Shown here: one piece after another, positions 37,939-47,423 of the stretch
Layout: every line of letters starts with the position of its first letter
How positions within the stretch are numbered: the first letter of the stretch is position 1
From: Thermostichus sp. DRC_bins_24
Lineage (GTDB): Bacteria > Cyanobacteriota > Cyanobacteriia > Thermostichales > Thermostichaceae
Reading direction: 5' to 3'
DNA: 64,000 nt
NCBI GenBank assembly: GCA_039794845.1
Contig: JAUQVK010000037.1
Span: 1 to 64,000 of the forward strand
The notes under the pieces: model-generated
Told to the model about the DNA's origin: nothing
What the model saw: only the letters and a program-made list of their open reading frames with translations
The model's database searches: none
Position numbers and translations under genes: made by a program

Positions 37939-38772
37939 ATGAGTTATCCGGCTTCCTTTGCGCAAGGATTGAATATCCAAGCTCCATCTGGCGGCTTTTT
38001 GGAAATCCGAGGCCTCGTTAAGGCCTATCGGGATCCCCAGGGTCGGGAACTGGTGGTGCTCAATGGCATTGATCTGACTGTGGGTGAAACTGAATATGTT
38101 TCGATGATTGGGCATTCGGGTTGCGGTAAATCCACCCTCTTAAAACTGGTGGCAGGACTGGAGCAACCCACCGAGGGATCCCTGACCCTAGAGGGCAAGC
38201 CCATTCGCAAGCCAGGGGCCGAACGGATGATGGTGTTTCAGCACTATTCCTTGTTGCCGTGGCTGACGGTGCGAGAAAACATTCAGCTGGCGGTGGATGA
38301 AGTGCTGAAAACGAAGTCGGCTCAAGAGCGGCGACAAATCACAGAAGAACATATTGGCTTAGTCCATCTGGAAGCGGCTGCCCATAAATATCCCGACCAA
38401 ATTTCTGGAGGCATGAAACAGCGGGTAGGGATCGCCCGTGCCCTGGCCATTCGACCGAAATTGTTGTTGATGGATGAGCCTTTTGGAGCCTTGGATGCCC
38501 TTACCCGACGCCGACTCCAGGAAGAGGTTTTGGGCATTTGGGAAACCCATCGACAGGCTGCAATCATGATTACCCACGATGTGGATGAAGCGGTCTATAT
38601 GTCTGACAAAATCATCTTGATGAGCAATGGCCCTAAGGCCCGGATTGGGGAGATTTTGAACGTGGATCTACCGCGTCCGCGCCCCAGTCGGCATGATTTG
38701 CGCGAGATGAAAGCCTACCATGACCTACGCAATCATGCCTTGGATTTTTTGGAACGATCCTATCAAGGATAG
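37939..38772 (+). CDS. NrtD/CmpD-type ABC ATP-binding protein
   Basis: GHSGCGKST, ISGGMKQRVGIARAL, LLMDEPFGALD, ITHDVDEA. Start set at ATG 37939. Confidence 0.93.
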   Translation: MSYPASFAQGLNIQAPSGGFLEIRGLVKAYRDPQGRELVVLNGIDLTVGETEYVSMIGHSGCGKSTLLKLVAGLEQPTEGSLTLEGKPIRKPGAERMMVFQHYSLLPWLTVRENIQLAVDEVLKTKSAQERRQITEEHIGLVHLEAAAHKYPDQISGGMKQRVGIARALAIRPKLLLMDEPFGALDALTRRRLQEEVLGIWETHRQAAIMITHDVDEAVYMSDKIILMSNGPKARIGEILNVDLPRPRPSRHDLREMKAYHDLRNHALDFLERSYQG

Positions 38773-38773
38773 A

Positions 38774-38855
38774 ACGATAAAACCTGCCCTGGGAGAGGAG
38801 TCTGGGGATATGGGCTGTGCTCAAATTGAACCGGTGACTCCCACCATCTTCAAGG
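38774..38855 (-). repeat. Degenerate duplicate of tRNA-Val 3' half plus downstream flank (att-like scar)
   Basis: ACGATAAAACC..CTGGGAG..TATGGGCTGTGCTCAAATTGAACCGGTGACTCCCACCATCTTCAAGG aligns with 43327-43407. Confidence 0.8.
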
Positions 38856-39019
38856 ATCCGCTACCAGGGGCATCCACCTTTTGCCGAGGAGGGGGATCCC
38901 TGACTGGCTAGCCCGCAGCTCCACCGGGAGGGATCCAAGCCCAAAGGGATCCCACTTCCACTTCCCGACCTGGAAGAAGCCCGCGCTCTATCGCCTGGGA
39001 TGGTGCTCCCCACCCCGCG

Positions 39020-39874
39020 TCACGGGGTGAGCGTCGGGTCCTTCACAGGAGCGGCTCCCTGACGAGGACGACCCAACAACGTGGTTCCCATGACAACCAC
39101 CAGGGTGACCAGAAGGATCAGTGTCGAAAGTGCGTTGATTTCAGGCGTAACGCCGCGCCGCACCGTACTGTAAATCAGGATCGGCAAGGTCAGACTCTCT
39201 GGTCCGCTGGTAAAGAAAGAAATGACAAAATCATCAATCGAAAGGGTAAAAGCCAACAGCGCCCCCGCTAGGATCCCCGGCATGGCCAACGGCAGGGTTA
39301 CATGGCGTAGCTTCTGCCAGGTATTGGCGTAAAGATCATGAGCGGCTTCTTCTAGGGTGGGATCCAACAGTTGCAATCGGCTCCGCACCACAATGGCCAC
39401 AAAAGACACCTGGAAGGTGATGTGGGAGACAATCATCGTCCATAGGCCCAGCTCGAACAGCCCCGTGTAGTAGCGCAAAAACTGGTAGAACAGCAGCAAG
39501 GTGATCGCCATGACAATATCCGGGATGATCACCGGCAAGAGCATCAACCCCTGGAAGGCATTTTTGCCCGGGAACCGATAGCGATACAGCCCGTAACCCA
39601 ACAGGGATCCCAAGAAGGTGCTGATCAGGGTGCTGACCAGGGCCAGGATCAAGGTATTTTGGGTGGCTCGCCAAGCCATCTGATTCTGGAACAGCAAGAG
39701 ATACCAGTTGAAGGTGAAACCCGTCCACACCAAGCCAAAACGGGCACGGTTAAAGGAGTAAATGACGATCAACAGGATCGGCAGATAGAGGAAGCCATAG
39801 ATGGCATAGCTAACTCCCCGCAACCAACCCGGAATCTGAACAGGCATGGGCAAAACCGGCCCTTTACGCATCAC
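39020..39874 (-). CDS. potC: Spermidine/putrescine ABC permease PotC-like
   Basis: FLYLPILLIVIYSFN, LEEAAHDL, FTLSIDDFVISFF, GVTPEINALST. Confidence 0.88.
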   Translation of the reverse strand: MMRKGPVLPMPVQIPGWLRGVSYAIYGFLYLPILLIVIYSFNRARFGLVWTGFTFNWYLLLFQNQMAWRATQNTLILALVSTLISTFLGSLLGYGLYRYRFPGKNAFQGLMLLPVIIPDIVMAITLLLFYQFLRYYTGLFELGLWTMIVSHITFQVSFVAIVVRSRLQLLDPTLEEAAHDLYANTWQKLRHVTLPLAMPGILAGALLAFTLSIDDFVISFFTSGPESLTLPILIYSTVRRGVTPEINALSTLILLVTLVVVMGTTLLGRPRQGAAPVKDPTLTP

Positions 39875-39934
39875 TGCCCATGATTTTATTTTTGGTTCAG
39901 AAGCTCGGGAATAGGGGTTGAACCCTCTAGGGTC

Positions 39935-40852
39935 TTAACAGGTTGCCGTCTGCTCACCGGCTGCATCCAACAGGGGCAATTCCACCCGTTCCACCGGGGG
40001 CCGAAAGCCCAACCAAGGGGTGGCCAACTGGGCAAATCGCTCCGGATCCCCGCTGACACAAAAGCGATGCCCATCCCCCTGAAAAACCGGGACATGAGAA
40101 CTGCCCCGACGATTCCCCGGGGGATGACGCAGCCCCCACAGTCCCAGCTCTTGAGCCAGGGATCCCACCAGAGCCACCCCCGGATCCACCCGTCGGACTG
40201 AGCGGGGCAAGAGAGGCCGCAAAATCGGATCCAGCACCGGGTAATGGGTACAGCCGTAAACCAGAGTATCGATCCCGTGTTGCAACAGAGGCTGCAAATA
40301 CCGTTCCGCCGCTTGACGTAGGGCAGGGCTATCCGACTCTCCCGCCTCGATCAGGGGCACAAACTCTGGGCAAGCCTGTTCCCAGCACCGGACCGGGTGA
40401 GGGAATCGTTTGGGATTGAGGGCGCTGTACTCCCGAATGGCCTTGGAATAAGCGCCACTATTCACCGTAGCCGTTGTGGCAATCACCCCAATTCGGGATC
40501 CCTGGGCCAGCGCCGCCTGAGCACCGGGTAAAATCAGACCGAAAATCGGCAGCGCATATTCCTGCCGCACCTGCTCCAGGGCCAAAGCCGAACTGGTATT
40601 GCAGGCCATCACCACCAGCTTGACCGGCTGAGCCTGCATCCAAGCCAAAATCTGGCGCACAAATGCCAAAATCTCTTCTGGGGAGCGCCCCCCATAGGGT
40701 ACTCGTGCCGTGTCGCCAAAGTAGAGCAGCCGCTCTTGGGGCAGTTGCCTGCGCAGGGTTCGCCACACCGTCAGCCCCCCCAAGCCACTGTCAAACACCC
40801 CGATTGGCCAACAGGGATCCGGCTCTGATCCTGCGCCCCACTCAAACTTCAT
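39935..40852 (-). CDS. murI: Glutamate racemase
   Basis: IGVFDSGLGGLTV, GDTARVPYG, ACNTSS, GCTHYP. Confidence 0.97.
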   Translation of the reverse strand: MKFEWGAGSEPDPCWPIGVFDSGLGGLTVWRTLRRQLPQERLLYFGDTARVPYGGRSPEEILAFVRQILAWMQAQPVKLVVMACNTSSALALEQVRQEYALPIFGLILPGAQAALAQGSRIGVIATTATVNSGAYSKAIREYSALNPKRFPHPVRCWEQACPEFVPLIEAGESDSPALRQAAERYLQPLLQHGIDTLVYGCTHYPVLDPILRPLLPRSVRRVDPGVALVGSLAQELGLWGLRHPPGNRRGSSHVPVFQGDGHRFCVSGDPERFAQLATPWLGFRPPVERVELPLLDAAGEQTATC

Positions 40853-40948
40853 ACCCCATTCTCCTCAACACCCTCACACCCACCGGTGGGTTGCTGTATC
40901 CTATCGCCCTTTCTTGAGTCTCGGCGACAGCCCTTCCCTTGTGCAAGC

Positions 40949-42841
40949 TCAACGGTTGCGCAAAAAGGCTTCGATCCCATCGACGATGGCTCGGGATAGG
41001 ATGGCCTGATATTCTGCCGTGGCAAGTTTTCGCCCTTCGGTTGGATTGGTCAGATAGCCCAGCTCCAGCAGCACAGAAGGCATTCCGGTGGGGGTCTCCC
41101 GCACCATAAAGAATCGTGCCCGTCTCACCCCCCGATCCGCCGCCCCTGTGGCTCTCACCAAGCTGCGGTGCAAAGTGGTGGCCAATTCGGCGCTATCGGG
41201 CCGTAGATAATAGGTTTCGATCCCATGGATGGCAGAACGATCTAGAGCATTGGCATGAATGCTCACCAGCAGGGTAGCGTTGGCCTCTACCGCGATATCC
41301 ACCCGCGGTTGCAGGAGAATTTCCCGGTCATCGGTGCGGGTCATCACCACACCATAGCCCCGTTCTTGCAGCAGTTGTTGCACCTGCTTAGAGATGGACA
41401 GAGTAATGTGCTTCTCCTGGATCCCATCCACACCAATAGCGCCGGGATCCCGGCCTCCATGTCCGGCATCGATGGCGATGATCGGCCGTCCCACCGGTTG
41501 AGGGGGTTGCGGCTGGACGGGGAATTGCGGCTGAGCCATGGGCAAAGGAGCAGTTAGGGGCTGCAGCTGCAGCGTAATGCGTCGGGATCCCTGGCCAGGA
41601 TTGGGCTCGAAAACATTAAATTCTTCAGAGGGCTGCACCAGAATATTGACGGTACGAGCATCCTCCTGCACGAAGCGAATCCGCTCCACCGGGCCATTGG
41701 CAGGCAACCCCGGATCCGGCAGCGATTGCGGCAGGCGAGCCGGTGCCACACTGATGCGATAGCCGCCACTGGCAGGATCCCATCCGGCCCGATAAAACAT
41801 GAAGCCATCGGCGCTGATGATCAGTTGGTTGCCCTGGAGTTGCACCGATTGCAGCGTGGCCAACGGTCCACTGGCCCCCGAACCATTGGCATCCGGCAAA
41901 AGGCTGGCCTGCATTCCCCCCCCGGCGGGCTGAATCCAGATGCCACCCCGTTGCGCGTCATAACGGGCCTCCCAATCCCCACTCGAGGGATCCACCTCCA
42001 ACACCACCCGCGCCACCGTCGGCTCAAATTGCCCGATCCTGAGGCGGGAAACCCCCAGTCGGTTGATCGGGTAAGCCCGCTGGGTGAGAGCCGGGCTGAG
42101 GGACGTTTGCAGAAAGTCCACCACCACCCGATCCGGGTCGAGAATCCGCCGCACCGTGGTGGAGGGGCTGCCCTGGGTACGAATGAAAAACCCTTCCGAT
42201 TGTGGGGATACCTCTAAGATTTGGTTGCCAGAACGAGAGACTGGGGGGAGAAGAGGCGAATGGGGGGATTGGCTCCGAGGGGGTGGGGTGAGCAGAGGGG
42301 GAGGTAACGATGAGCCACCGGAGGAGGGGAACAGAGGGGCCAAAGAGAGGTTGCCGGCATGGGTAAATTGAACAGCCCAACGGGAGGGGTTGGCTGTGAG
42401 CAGTTGCACTTGGTTAAGGCTGAGGGGTTGATCCGGCTGCAGGTGCAACACGAAGCGGGTGATGGTATCGGTCAGTTGGCTGATCTGCAGGGATCCGACA
42501 CGGCCCGAAAAGGTTTGGGTTTGGGGATCCCGTCCCAAGCGGGTATTCGGGAAATCCAAAACCACCCTAGGCGGATCCTGCAGGATAAACAGGAAAGGCC
42601 GCACCTCCCCTTGGGTATTCACCTCCAGGCGCCCCTGCTGAGGGTTGTACTGCCAGTTGTCGATCCGAGATAAGCCGGTTGTCGCCGTTTGAGCTTGTAC
42701 AGGTGGGGGAGAAAACAGCCCTGCCCCAGCCAAACCCAACAGCAGCAGCGACCCCCACACACTGGAAAGCCGGCCCTGATTTGTCTGTGGCCTCATTGCA
42801 CCGGGATCCCGTCTTGCCCCTAGCTTGTCCAATTCAGGCAT
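40949..42841 (-). CDS. amiC: N-acetylmuramoyl-L-alanine amidase with AMIN domains
   Basis: Two AMIN-like repeats (DPPRVVLDF, DPDRVVVDF); Amidase_3 motifs IDAGHGGRDPGA, SIHAN, LLELGY. Start uncertain. Confidence 0.93.
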   Translation of the reverse strand: MPELDKLGARRDPGAMRPQTNQGRLSSVWGSLLLLGLAGAGLFSPPPVQAQTATTGLSRIDNWQYNPQQGRLEVNTQGEVRPFLFILQDPPRVVLDFPNTRLGRDPQTQTFSGRVGSLQISQLTDTITRFVLHLQPDQPLSLNQVQLLTANPSRWAVQFTHAGNLSLAPLFPSSGGSSLPPPLLTPPPRSQSPHSPLLPPVSRSGNQILEVSPQSEGFFIRTQGSPSTTVRRILDPDRVVVDFLQTSLSPALTQRAYPINRLGVSRLRIGQFEPTVARVVLEVDPSSGDWEARYDAQRGGIWIQPAGGGMQASLLPDANGSGASGPLATLQSVQLQGNQLIISADGFMFYRAGWDPASGGYRISVAPARLPQSLPDPGLPANGPVERIRFVQEDARTVNILVQPSEEFNVFEPNPGQGSRRITLQLQPLTAPLPMAQPQFPVQPQPPQPVGRPIIAIDAGHGGRDPGAIGVDGIQEKHITLSISKQVQQLLQERGYGVVMTRTDDREILLQPRVDIAVEANATLLVSIHANALDRSAIHGIETYYLRPDSAELATTLHRSLVRATGAADRGVRRARFFMVRETPTGMPSVLLELGYLTNPTEGRKLATAEYQAILSRAIVDGIEAFLRNR

Positions 42842-43363
42842 GACACCCCACAAACTCCAGCACACCCGCTGCCCTCAACTATACCAACCTCCTCTCGGAG
42901 CGGCCTGAGGAGGAGCGCAATTCCACCCTTGTTTAGCTTAATTCGCGCAAGCCCCACGCTCTACCCGTTAGGGTGTTCGCGTAGCAAATAGAGGGTTCGC
43001 ACATCATGCCCGGTTTGGGCTACCGCCAAAGCCCTGCCGATGGTATTGCTCGGATCCCGGCAGATCGACTCTTTCCCCGAGAAGGGATCCCATCTCGGCG
43101 GTCATGTTGATGACTCGGGCCTTGCTGTTTTGGTGGACTTGCAAAGCAAAGATCCGTCAGCCTGTTCGCCCCAGATCCCTTGCCAGATCTCTTGGATGTG
43201 AATCACCCAACCCTCAAAGTCCACGTGCCTCCATTGCAAAGCCAAAGCCTCAGAAGTCCGACACTCTGTTGGCAATTGGCAATCTGTATGGCAAAAGGAA
43301 CCTCTCCGGTGAGGGATCCCCTAGAGACGATAAAACCCACTCTGGGAGCGGGTTCTGTGGGTA

Positions 43364-43435
43364 TGGGCTGTGCTGGAATTGAACCAGCGACTCCCACCGT
43401 GTCAAGGTGGTACTCTACCTCTGAGTTAACAGCCC
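43364..43435 (-). tRNA. trnV: tRNA-Val(GAC)
   Basis: GGGCTGTTAACTCAGAGGTAGAGTACCACCTTGACACGGTGGGAGTCGCTGGTTCAATTCCAGCACAGCCCA folds as a cloverleaf with anticodon GAC; CCA is not encoded. Confidence 0.96.
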
Positions 43436-43572
43436 CCATTGGGGATCCGGCTGGGCATCGGCCCCGAAGCTGGAAATCGATGATATCACATCTACACCTG
43501 TCTCACCGGGAGCACCGCCCTTTCACCGGGCACTGACAACTTCTACACAGGCTGTAGCCTCTCAATCAAGCC

Positions 43573-43884
43573 TCACGGGGATCCCGTCAGCAATTGATAG
43601 TGCAACACCTGTGGTGGCTGGGCAAAATAGGGGCCGATCAGGGCTCTCCACCGGACAAAGTTTTCCGATTGGCGGAAGTTCACCAGATGAGCCTCCAGGG
43701 ATCCCCACTGAATCAACAGCAGGTAGTGCTGAGGGTGCTCTAGACAGCGTTGCAGTTGGTGCTGTCGGTAGCCATCGGTTTGCTGCAGATACCCAAAGGC
43801 CTGAGCGATTGCGGCTTCAAAGGCAGCTTCAGAACCCGGGGTAATTTCAAGCCGAGCCACCTCAAGAACAGGGGAAGTGCTCAT
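43573..43884 (-). CDS. Antibiotic biosynthesis monooxygenase (ABM) family protein
   Basis: MSTSPVLEVARLEITPGSEAAFEAA...YLLLIQWGSLEAHLVNFRQS; its start overlaps the cysH stop (ATGA). Confidence 0.88.
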   Translation of the reverse strand: MSTSPVLEVARLEITPGSEAAFEAAIAQAFGYLQQTDGYRQHQLQRCLEHPQHYLLLIQWGSLEAHLVNFRQSENFVRWRALIGPYFAQPPQVLHYQLLTGSP

Positions 43885-44627
43885 GTATGCAGGCCACATT
43901 CGGTTTTGGCTTTGCCCTGCCAGCGACCAGAACGGGGATCCGCACCGGGGGCAACAGGGGCGGTGCAGTGAATACAGCCGATGCTGGGATAGTTGCGGTC
44001 GTGCAGGGAGTTGTAAGGGATCCCGTGGGTGCGGATGTAGTCCCACACTTGGGTTTCTGTCCAGTCGGCCAGAGGGTTGAGCTTGAGGCGGTTGCGTTTG
44101 CCATCCCATTGCACTTTGCCAATATCAGCGCGGGTGGGGGATTGTTCCCGACGCATCCCCGTAATCCAGGTGGTACAGCTGACCAAGGCGCGATTCAAGG
44201 GCTCCACTTTGCGAATGCTACAGCAAAGGTCGGGGTTAGAACGATACAGTTCCGGCTCGTATTGGGCCGCCTGCTCTTCTGGGGTGAGCAAGGGTTTCAA
44301 GCTCTCCAGCTGCAGATGGGGGTAGCGCGCCAAAATCTGTTCCCGCAGCTCTAGGGTTTCGGGAAAGTGAAAATCTGTATCCAGGAAAAAAGCACGGGTC
44401 TGGGGGCGAATGGCGGTGAGCAGGTCGATCAACACCAGATCTTCCGGGCCAAAGCTACAGGCCAGCAACAACCCATCCCCAAACTCTCGCTCCGCCCAGG
44501 TGAGCAAGTCGTTTGCAGGCAAAGACTCGAACTGTTCGCTCAAAAACACAACCTGGGACTGATACTGCTCCTGCAGCGCTTGGGCCGCCAGTTCCCAACG
44601 ACTCAGGGAAGAACGTGTTGCCGTCAT
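43881..44627 (-). CDS. cysH: APS/PAPS reductase
   Basis: SFG, LDTDFHFPET, CCSIRKVEPL, YPSIGCIHCT, RSGRW, ECGLH. Confidence 0.95.
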   Translation of the reverse strand: MTATRSSLSRWELAAQALQEQYQSQVVFLSEQFESLPANDLLTWAEREFGDGLLLACSFGPEDLVLIDLLTAIRPQTRAFFLDTDFHFPETLELREQILARYPHLQLESLKPLLTPEEQAAQYEPELYRSNPDLCCSIRKVEPLNRALVSCTTWITGMRREQSPTRADIGKVQWDGKRNRLKLNPLADWTETQVWDYIRTHGIPYNSLHDRNYPSIGCIHCTAPVAPGADPRSGRWQGKAKTECGLHT

Positions 44628-44700
44628 AGGGTGAAGACACCGAGTTACCGTTATTTTCTTAATCTACATTAATTCGGTCAGGTTTTAGGAGTTTCTAGGG

Positions 44701-45630
44701 CTATCGTGCTGCTGCAGGCAGGGGTAGCCATTGGGATCCCCTGACCCGGAGGGGAATTTGCCCCCAACGATCCCGCCGGATCCCCATCACCAAGCCATGC
44801 CAAAGGGGGCTGGGATCCAGCTCTAGCAAGTTCACCCACTGGTAGCGCAACACCCCTCGCCGTGGATTCACGTCCAACTCAAAGATCCGCAGAGCGGAAA
44901 TGGGCCCAACCAAAGGGGGGGCGGTCATGTAGGGGATCCCGTCTCGCACGTAGACCTTCGGCACGTGCAAATGCCCACTCAACACCGCCACCACGCGGCC
45001 ATGGCTGGCCAAGATGCTATGCAGGGTGAGGGCTTGTTCGGTGAGGAGCCGATACTTGCGGAACAACAGCGAGTCCATTTGGGTAGAAGAGGTGAAGGGA
45101 GGCTGATGAATCAGCAGGATCAGCCATTCCTCCGGCAGGGTTTGCAGGTGCTGGGCGAGCCACTGCAGTTGGGCTGGGCGCAAGACACCCTGGGGCAACG
45201 GGAAACGGCCTAAGCTGGCATCCAAGGCGATCAATCGGATCCCGGGCAGAGGGGAAAGGCTGTAATCCACGTAACCGGTCGGGGCCGGCGACAGCGGAAA
45301 CTGGTCTTGGCACCAACGGACGAATTGCTCTCGGTTGAAACGCCCCTTTCTCCCCAAGGTGTCGATGTCGTGGTTGCCGAGGCTGAGGTAGTAGGGCACT
45401 CGCAGCCGAGCGAGAATCTCTTGAAAACACTGAAAACTGGCGGGATCCGCTTGATCCACCAAATCTCCGGTAAAAACCACAAAGCGCAGATCCGGCACTT
45501 GGTTGAGGTGGGCGATGGCTGATTCCAACTGGCGACGGGGAGAGTCCGACATCCACCAACAGCGGCACCCTGTCTCCGGCATCAGGTGAGTATCCGAGAC
45601 TTGTGCAAAACGAATGCGTTCGGTTGCCAT
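44701..45630 (-). CDS. Calcineurin-like metallophosphoesterase (CpdA/Icc-like)
   Basis: SDTH, TGDLVD, GNHD, IHQPP, SGHLH. Confidence 0.9.
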   Translation of the reverse strand: MATERIRFAQVSDTHLMPETGCRCWWMSDSPRRQLESAIAHLNQVPDLRFVVFTGDLVDQADPASFQCFQEILARLRVPYYLSLGNHDIDTLGRKGRFNREQFVRWCQDQFPLSPAPTGYVDYSLSPLPGIRLIALDASLGRFPLPQGVLRPAQLQWLAQHLQTLPEEWLILLIHQPPFTSSTQMDSLLFRKYRLLTEQALTLHSILASHGRVVAVLSGHLHVPKVYVRDGIPYMTAPPLVGPISALRIFELDVNPRRGVLRYQWVNLLELDPSPLWHGLVMGIRRDRWGQIPLRVRGSQWLPLPAAAR

Positions 45631-45773
45631 CAGCTTGATACTTATTCACACCTCACGCCCGGATCATAGTCAATAACTGCCCTCAGGGCTATGGGCTTCT
45701 CTTAACCTCAAGGGATCCCACTCCAAAACTCCTGCCCCACCGTCATCCCATCCGGGTTTGGGTCGAACTCAAC

Positions 45774-47366
45774 TTAAGAATGCTCCAACAGTTGTCGTTT
45801 CGGCTCCCCAAAAGGTTCTGAAGGGAATCTGACCTTGCCCGTTTCGATGCGGATTTGGGGTAGGGATTCTGGGTAATGGGTCTGTACAAAATTCAACATT
45901 TGCTCGCGCACATCACATCGCAAATCCCAGGCTTTCGGCGAATCGACGGCACTGACCAAGACCCGTAACTCTACCGTGCGCTCTCTTAACTCAGTCACCT
46001 GTAAGGCGTAAACTCGCCCATCCCAGAGAGGGTGCCGACGTACGATCTCCTCGAACTTTTCCCGCAACACTTGCACGGGAATCGTGTAGTCCACGTACAT
46101 AAAGATGGTGCCGATGATCGAGGCGGAGGTACGTGTCCAGTTTTGGAAGGGCCGCTCGATAAAGTAGCTAATCGGCAATACCAACCGCCGCCAATCCCAA
46201 ATTTTCACCACCACATAGGTAAGGGTAATTTCTTCGATCCAACCCCATTCGTTTTCCACGATCACCACATCACCCAGGCGGATCGGTTGGGTAAAGGCAA
46301 TTTGAATCCCGGCAAACAGGTTACCCAGGGCCTTCTGCATGGCAAAGCCGATGATGATCCCGGCCACACCGGCCGAGGCGATGATCGCCTGACCAAACTG
46401 TCTGACGGCGGGGAAAAACAACAGCACAGCGGCAACCGTCAACAACCCCAGCACAAACAGGCCAATGCGTTGAATCACATGCACTTGGGTGTAGATGGTG
46501 CGTGCCCTCAGGTTGTCGGCAGCAGAAATATCGAACTTACGCAGGATGATGTCATCCAGATTCAGGAAAAACTGAGCCAGCACCCAAGCTAGGCTGAGAA
46601 TGCTCATTACCCACGACAAAGCCGTGATCCCCTCTTGAAAGGCGGCGGGCACCGGCACCAACTGAAAAAACACCAACACCGCCAACAACGGGGCGATCAC
46701 CTCCAGACAGCGAACCGTCGTCGGGATCCAAATGGCATGGAGAAAAGAAGCCTGTTTGGCTTTGCGGGCCGCGGCTTTGGCGCGATTGCGCACCTGTTCC
46801 AACACCAGCAGGGTGAACCAGACCCCACCCACCACCGAAGAGCCGACGATCAGGTAGTACAAAACCCTGAACATTTGCCGCCCAGAAATGCGGTCGTAGC
46901 CCTCCAGGTAGCTGAGCAGAGGAGCCATGGCCAAAAAGCCCCCATACACCCAAATTTGGAAGCTGAGGGGACGAATTAAGCTAATTAGCAGGGTGCGGGA
47001 GAGAAAGTGACGGATCCGTCGGCGCCGTTGGGGATGCAGTTCTCGGCGAATGAAGCGGCGCACCCCCACCACCAAGCTGCCGATGAGGGCCATCAGCACC
47101 CCTGTGGCCACCAGACTCTGCACGCCCAACGGGATCCCACTCGGATCGGATCCCACCAATTGCACCAGCCTCTGCAACCCTTCCAGACTCAACCGGGTGG
47201 TGAAATCGGCCACTTGGTTGAGAAATTCCCCCGTGAAACGGGCCGGCAAAGATTCGGTGGCCCCCTCAGCGTTCGGGATCCCATCCGGAAGGGTTTCGCC
47301 GGCCCCTTGAGCCGGCAACATCCCCAGTGGCCCTTGAGTTAGGAACTCCAGCATCCGCAACAGCAT
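45774..47366 (-). CDS. mscS: MscS-family mechanosensitive channel with N-terminal TM extension
   Basis: ASAGVAGIIIGFAMQKALGNLFAGIQI, PIRLGDVV, GWIEEITLTY, FQNWT. Confidence 0.9.
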   Translation of the reverse strand: MLLRMLEFLTQGPLGMLPAQGAGETLPDGIPNAEGATESLPARFTGEFLNQVADFTTRLSLEGLQRLVQLVGSDPSGIPLGVQSLVATGVLMALIGSLVVGVRRFIRRELHPQRRRRIRHFLSRTLLISLIRPLSFQIWVYGGFLAMAPLLSYLEGYDRISGRQMFRVLYYLIVGSSVVGGVWFTLLVLEQVRNRAKAAARKAKQASFLHAIWIPTTVRCLEVIAPLLAVLVFFQLVPVPAAFQEGITALSWVMSILSLAWVLAQFFLNLDDIILRKFDISAADNLRARTIYTQVHVIQRIGLFVLGLLTVAAVLLFFPAVRQFGQAIIASAGVAGIIIGFAMQKALGNLFAGIQIAFTQPIRLGDVVIVENEWGWIEEITLTYVVVKIWDWRRLVLPISYFIERPFQNWTRTSASIIGTIFMYVDYTIPVQVLREKFEEIVRRHPLWDGRVYALQVTELRERTVELRVLVSAVDSPKAWDLRCDVREQMLNFVQTHYPESLPQIRIETGKVRFPSEPFGEPKRQLLEHS

Positions 47367-47423
47367 CGGTCAAAATCGCCCCCACCTTAGCAAGGGATCC
47401 GTTGCCATCCAACCCGGGCTCGA

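Noticed and set aside
42948..42976. AAGCCCCACGCTCTACCCGTTAGGG, and AAGCCCGCGCTCTATCG near 38977, resembling IS200/IS605 end hairpins
   Set aside because: Too short and without tnpA/tnpB remnants, so it cannot be supported without a database search.
43000..43330. Possible small gene or ncRNA between amiC and tRNA-Val
   Set aside because: The short ORFs show no recognisable motifs, and no convincing structure or integrase remnant is visible.
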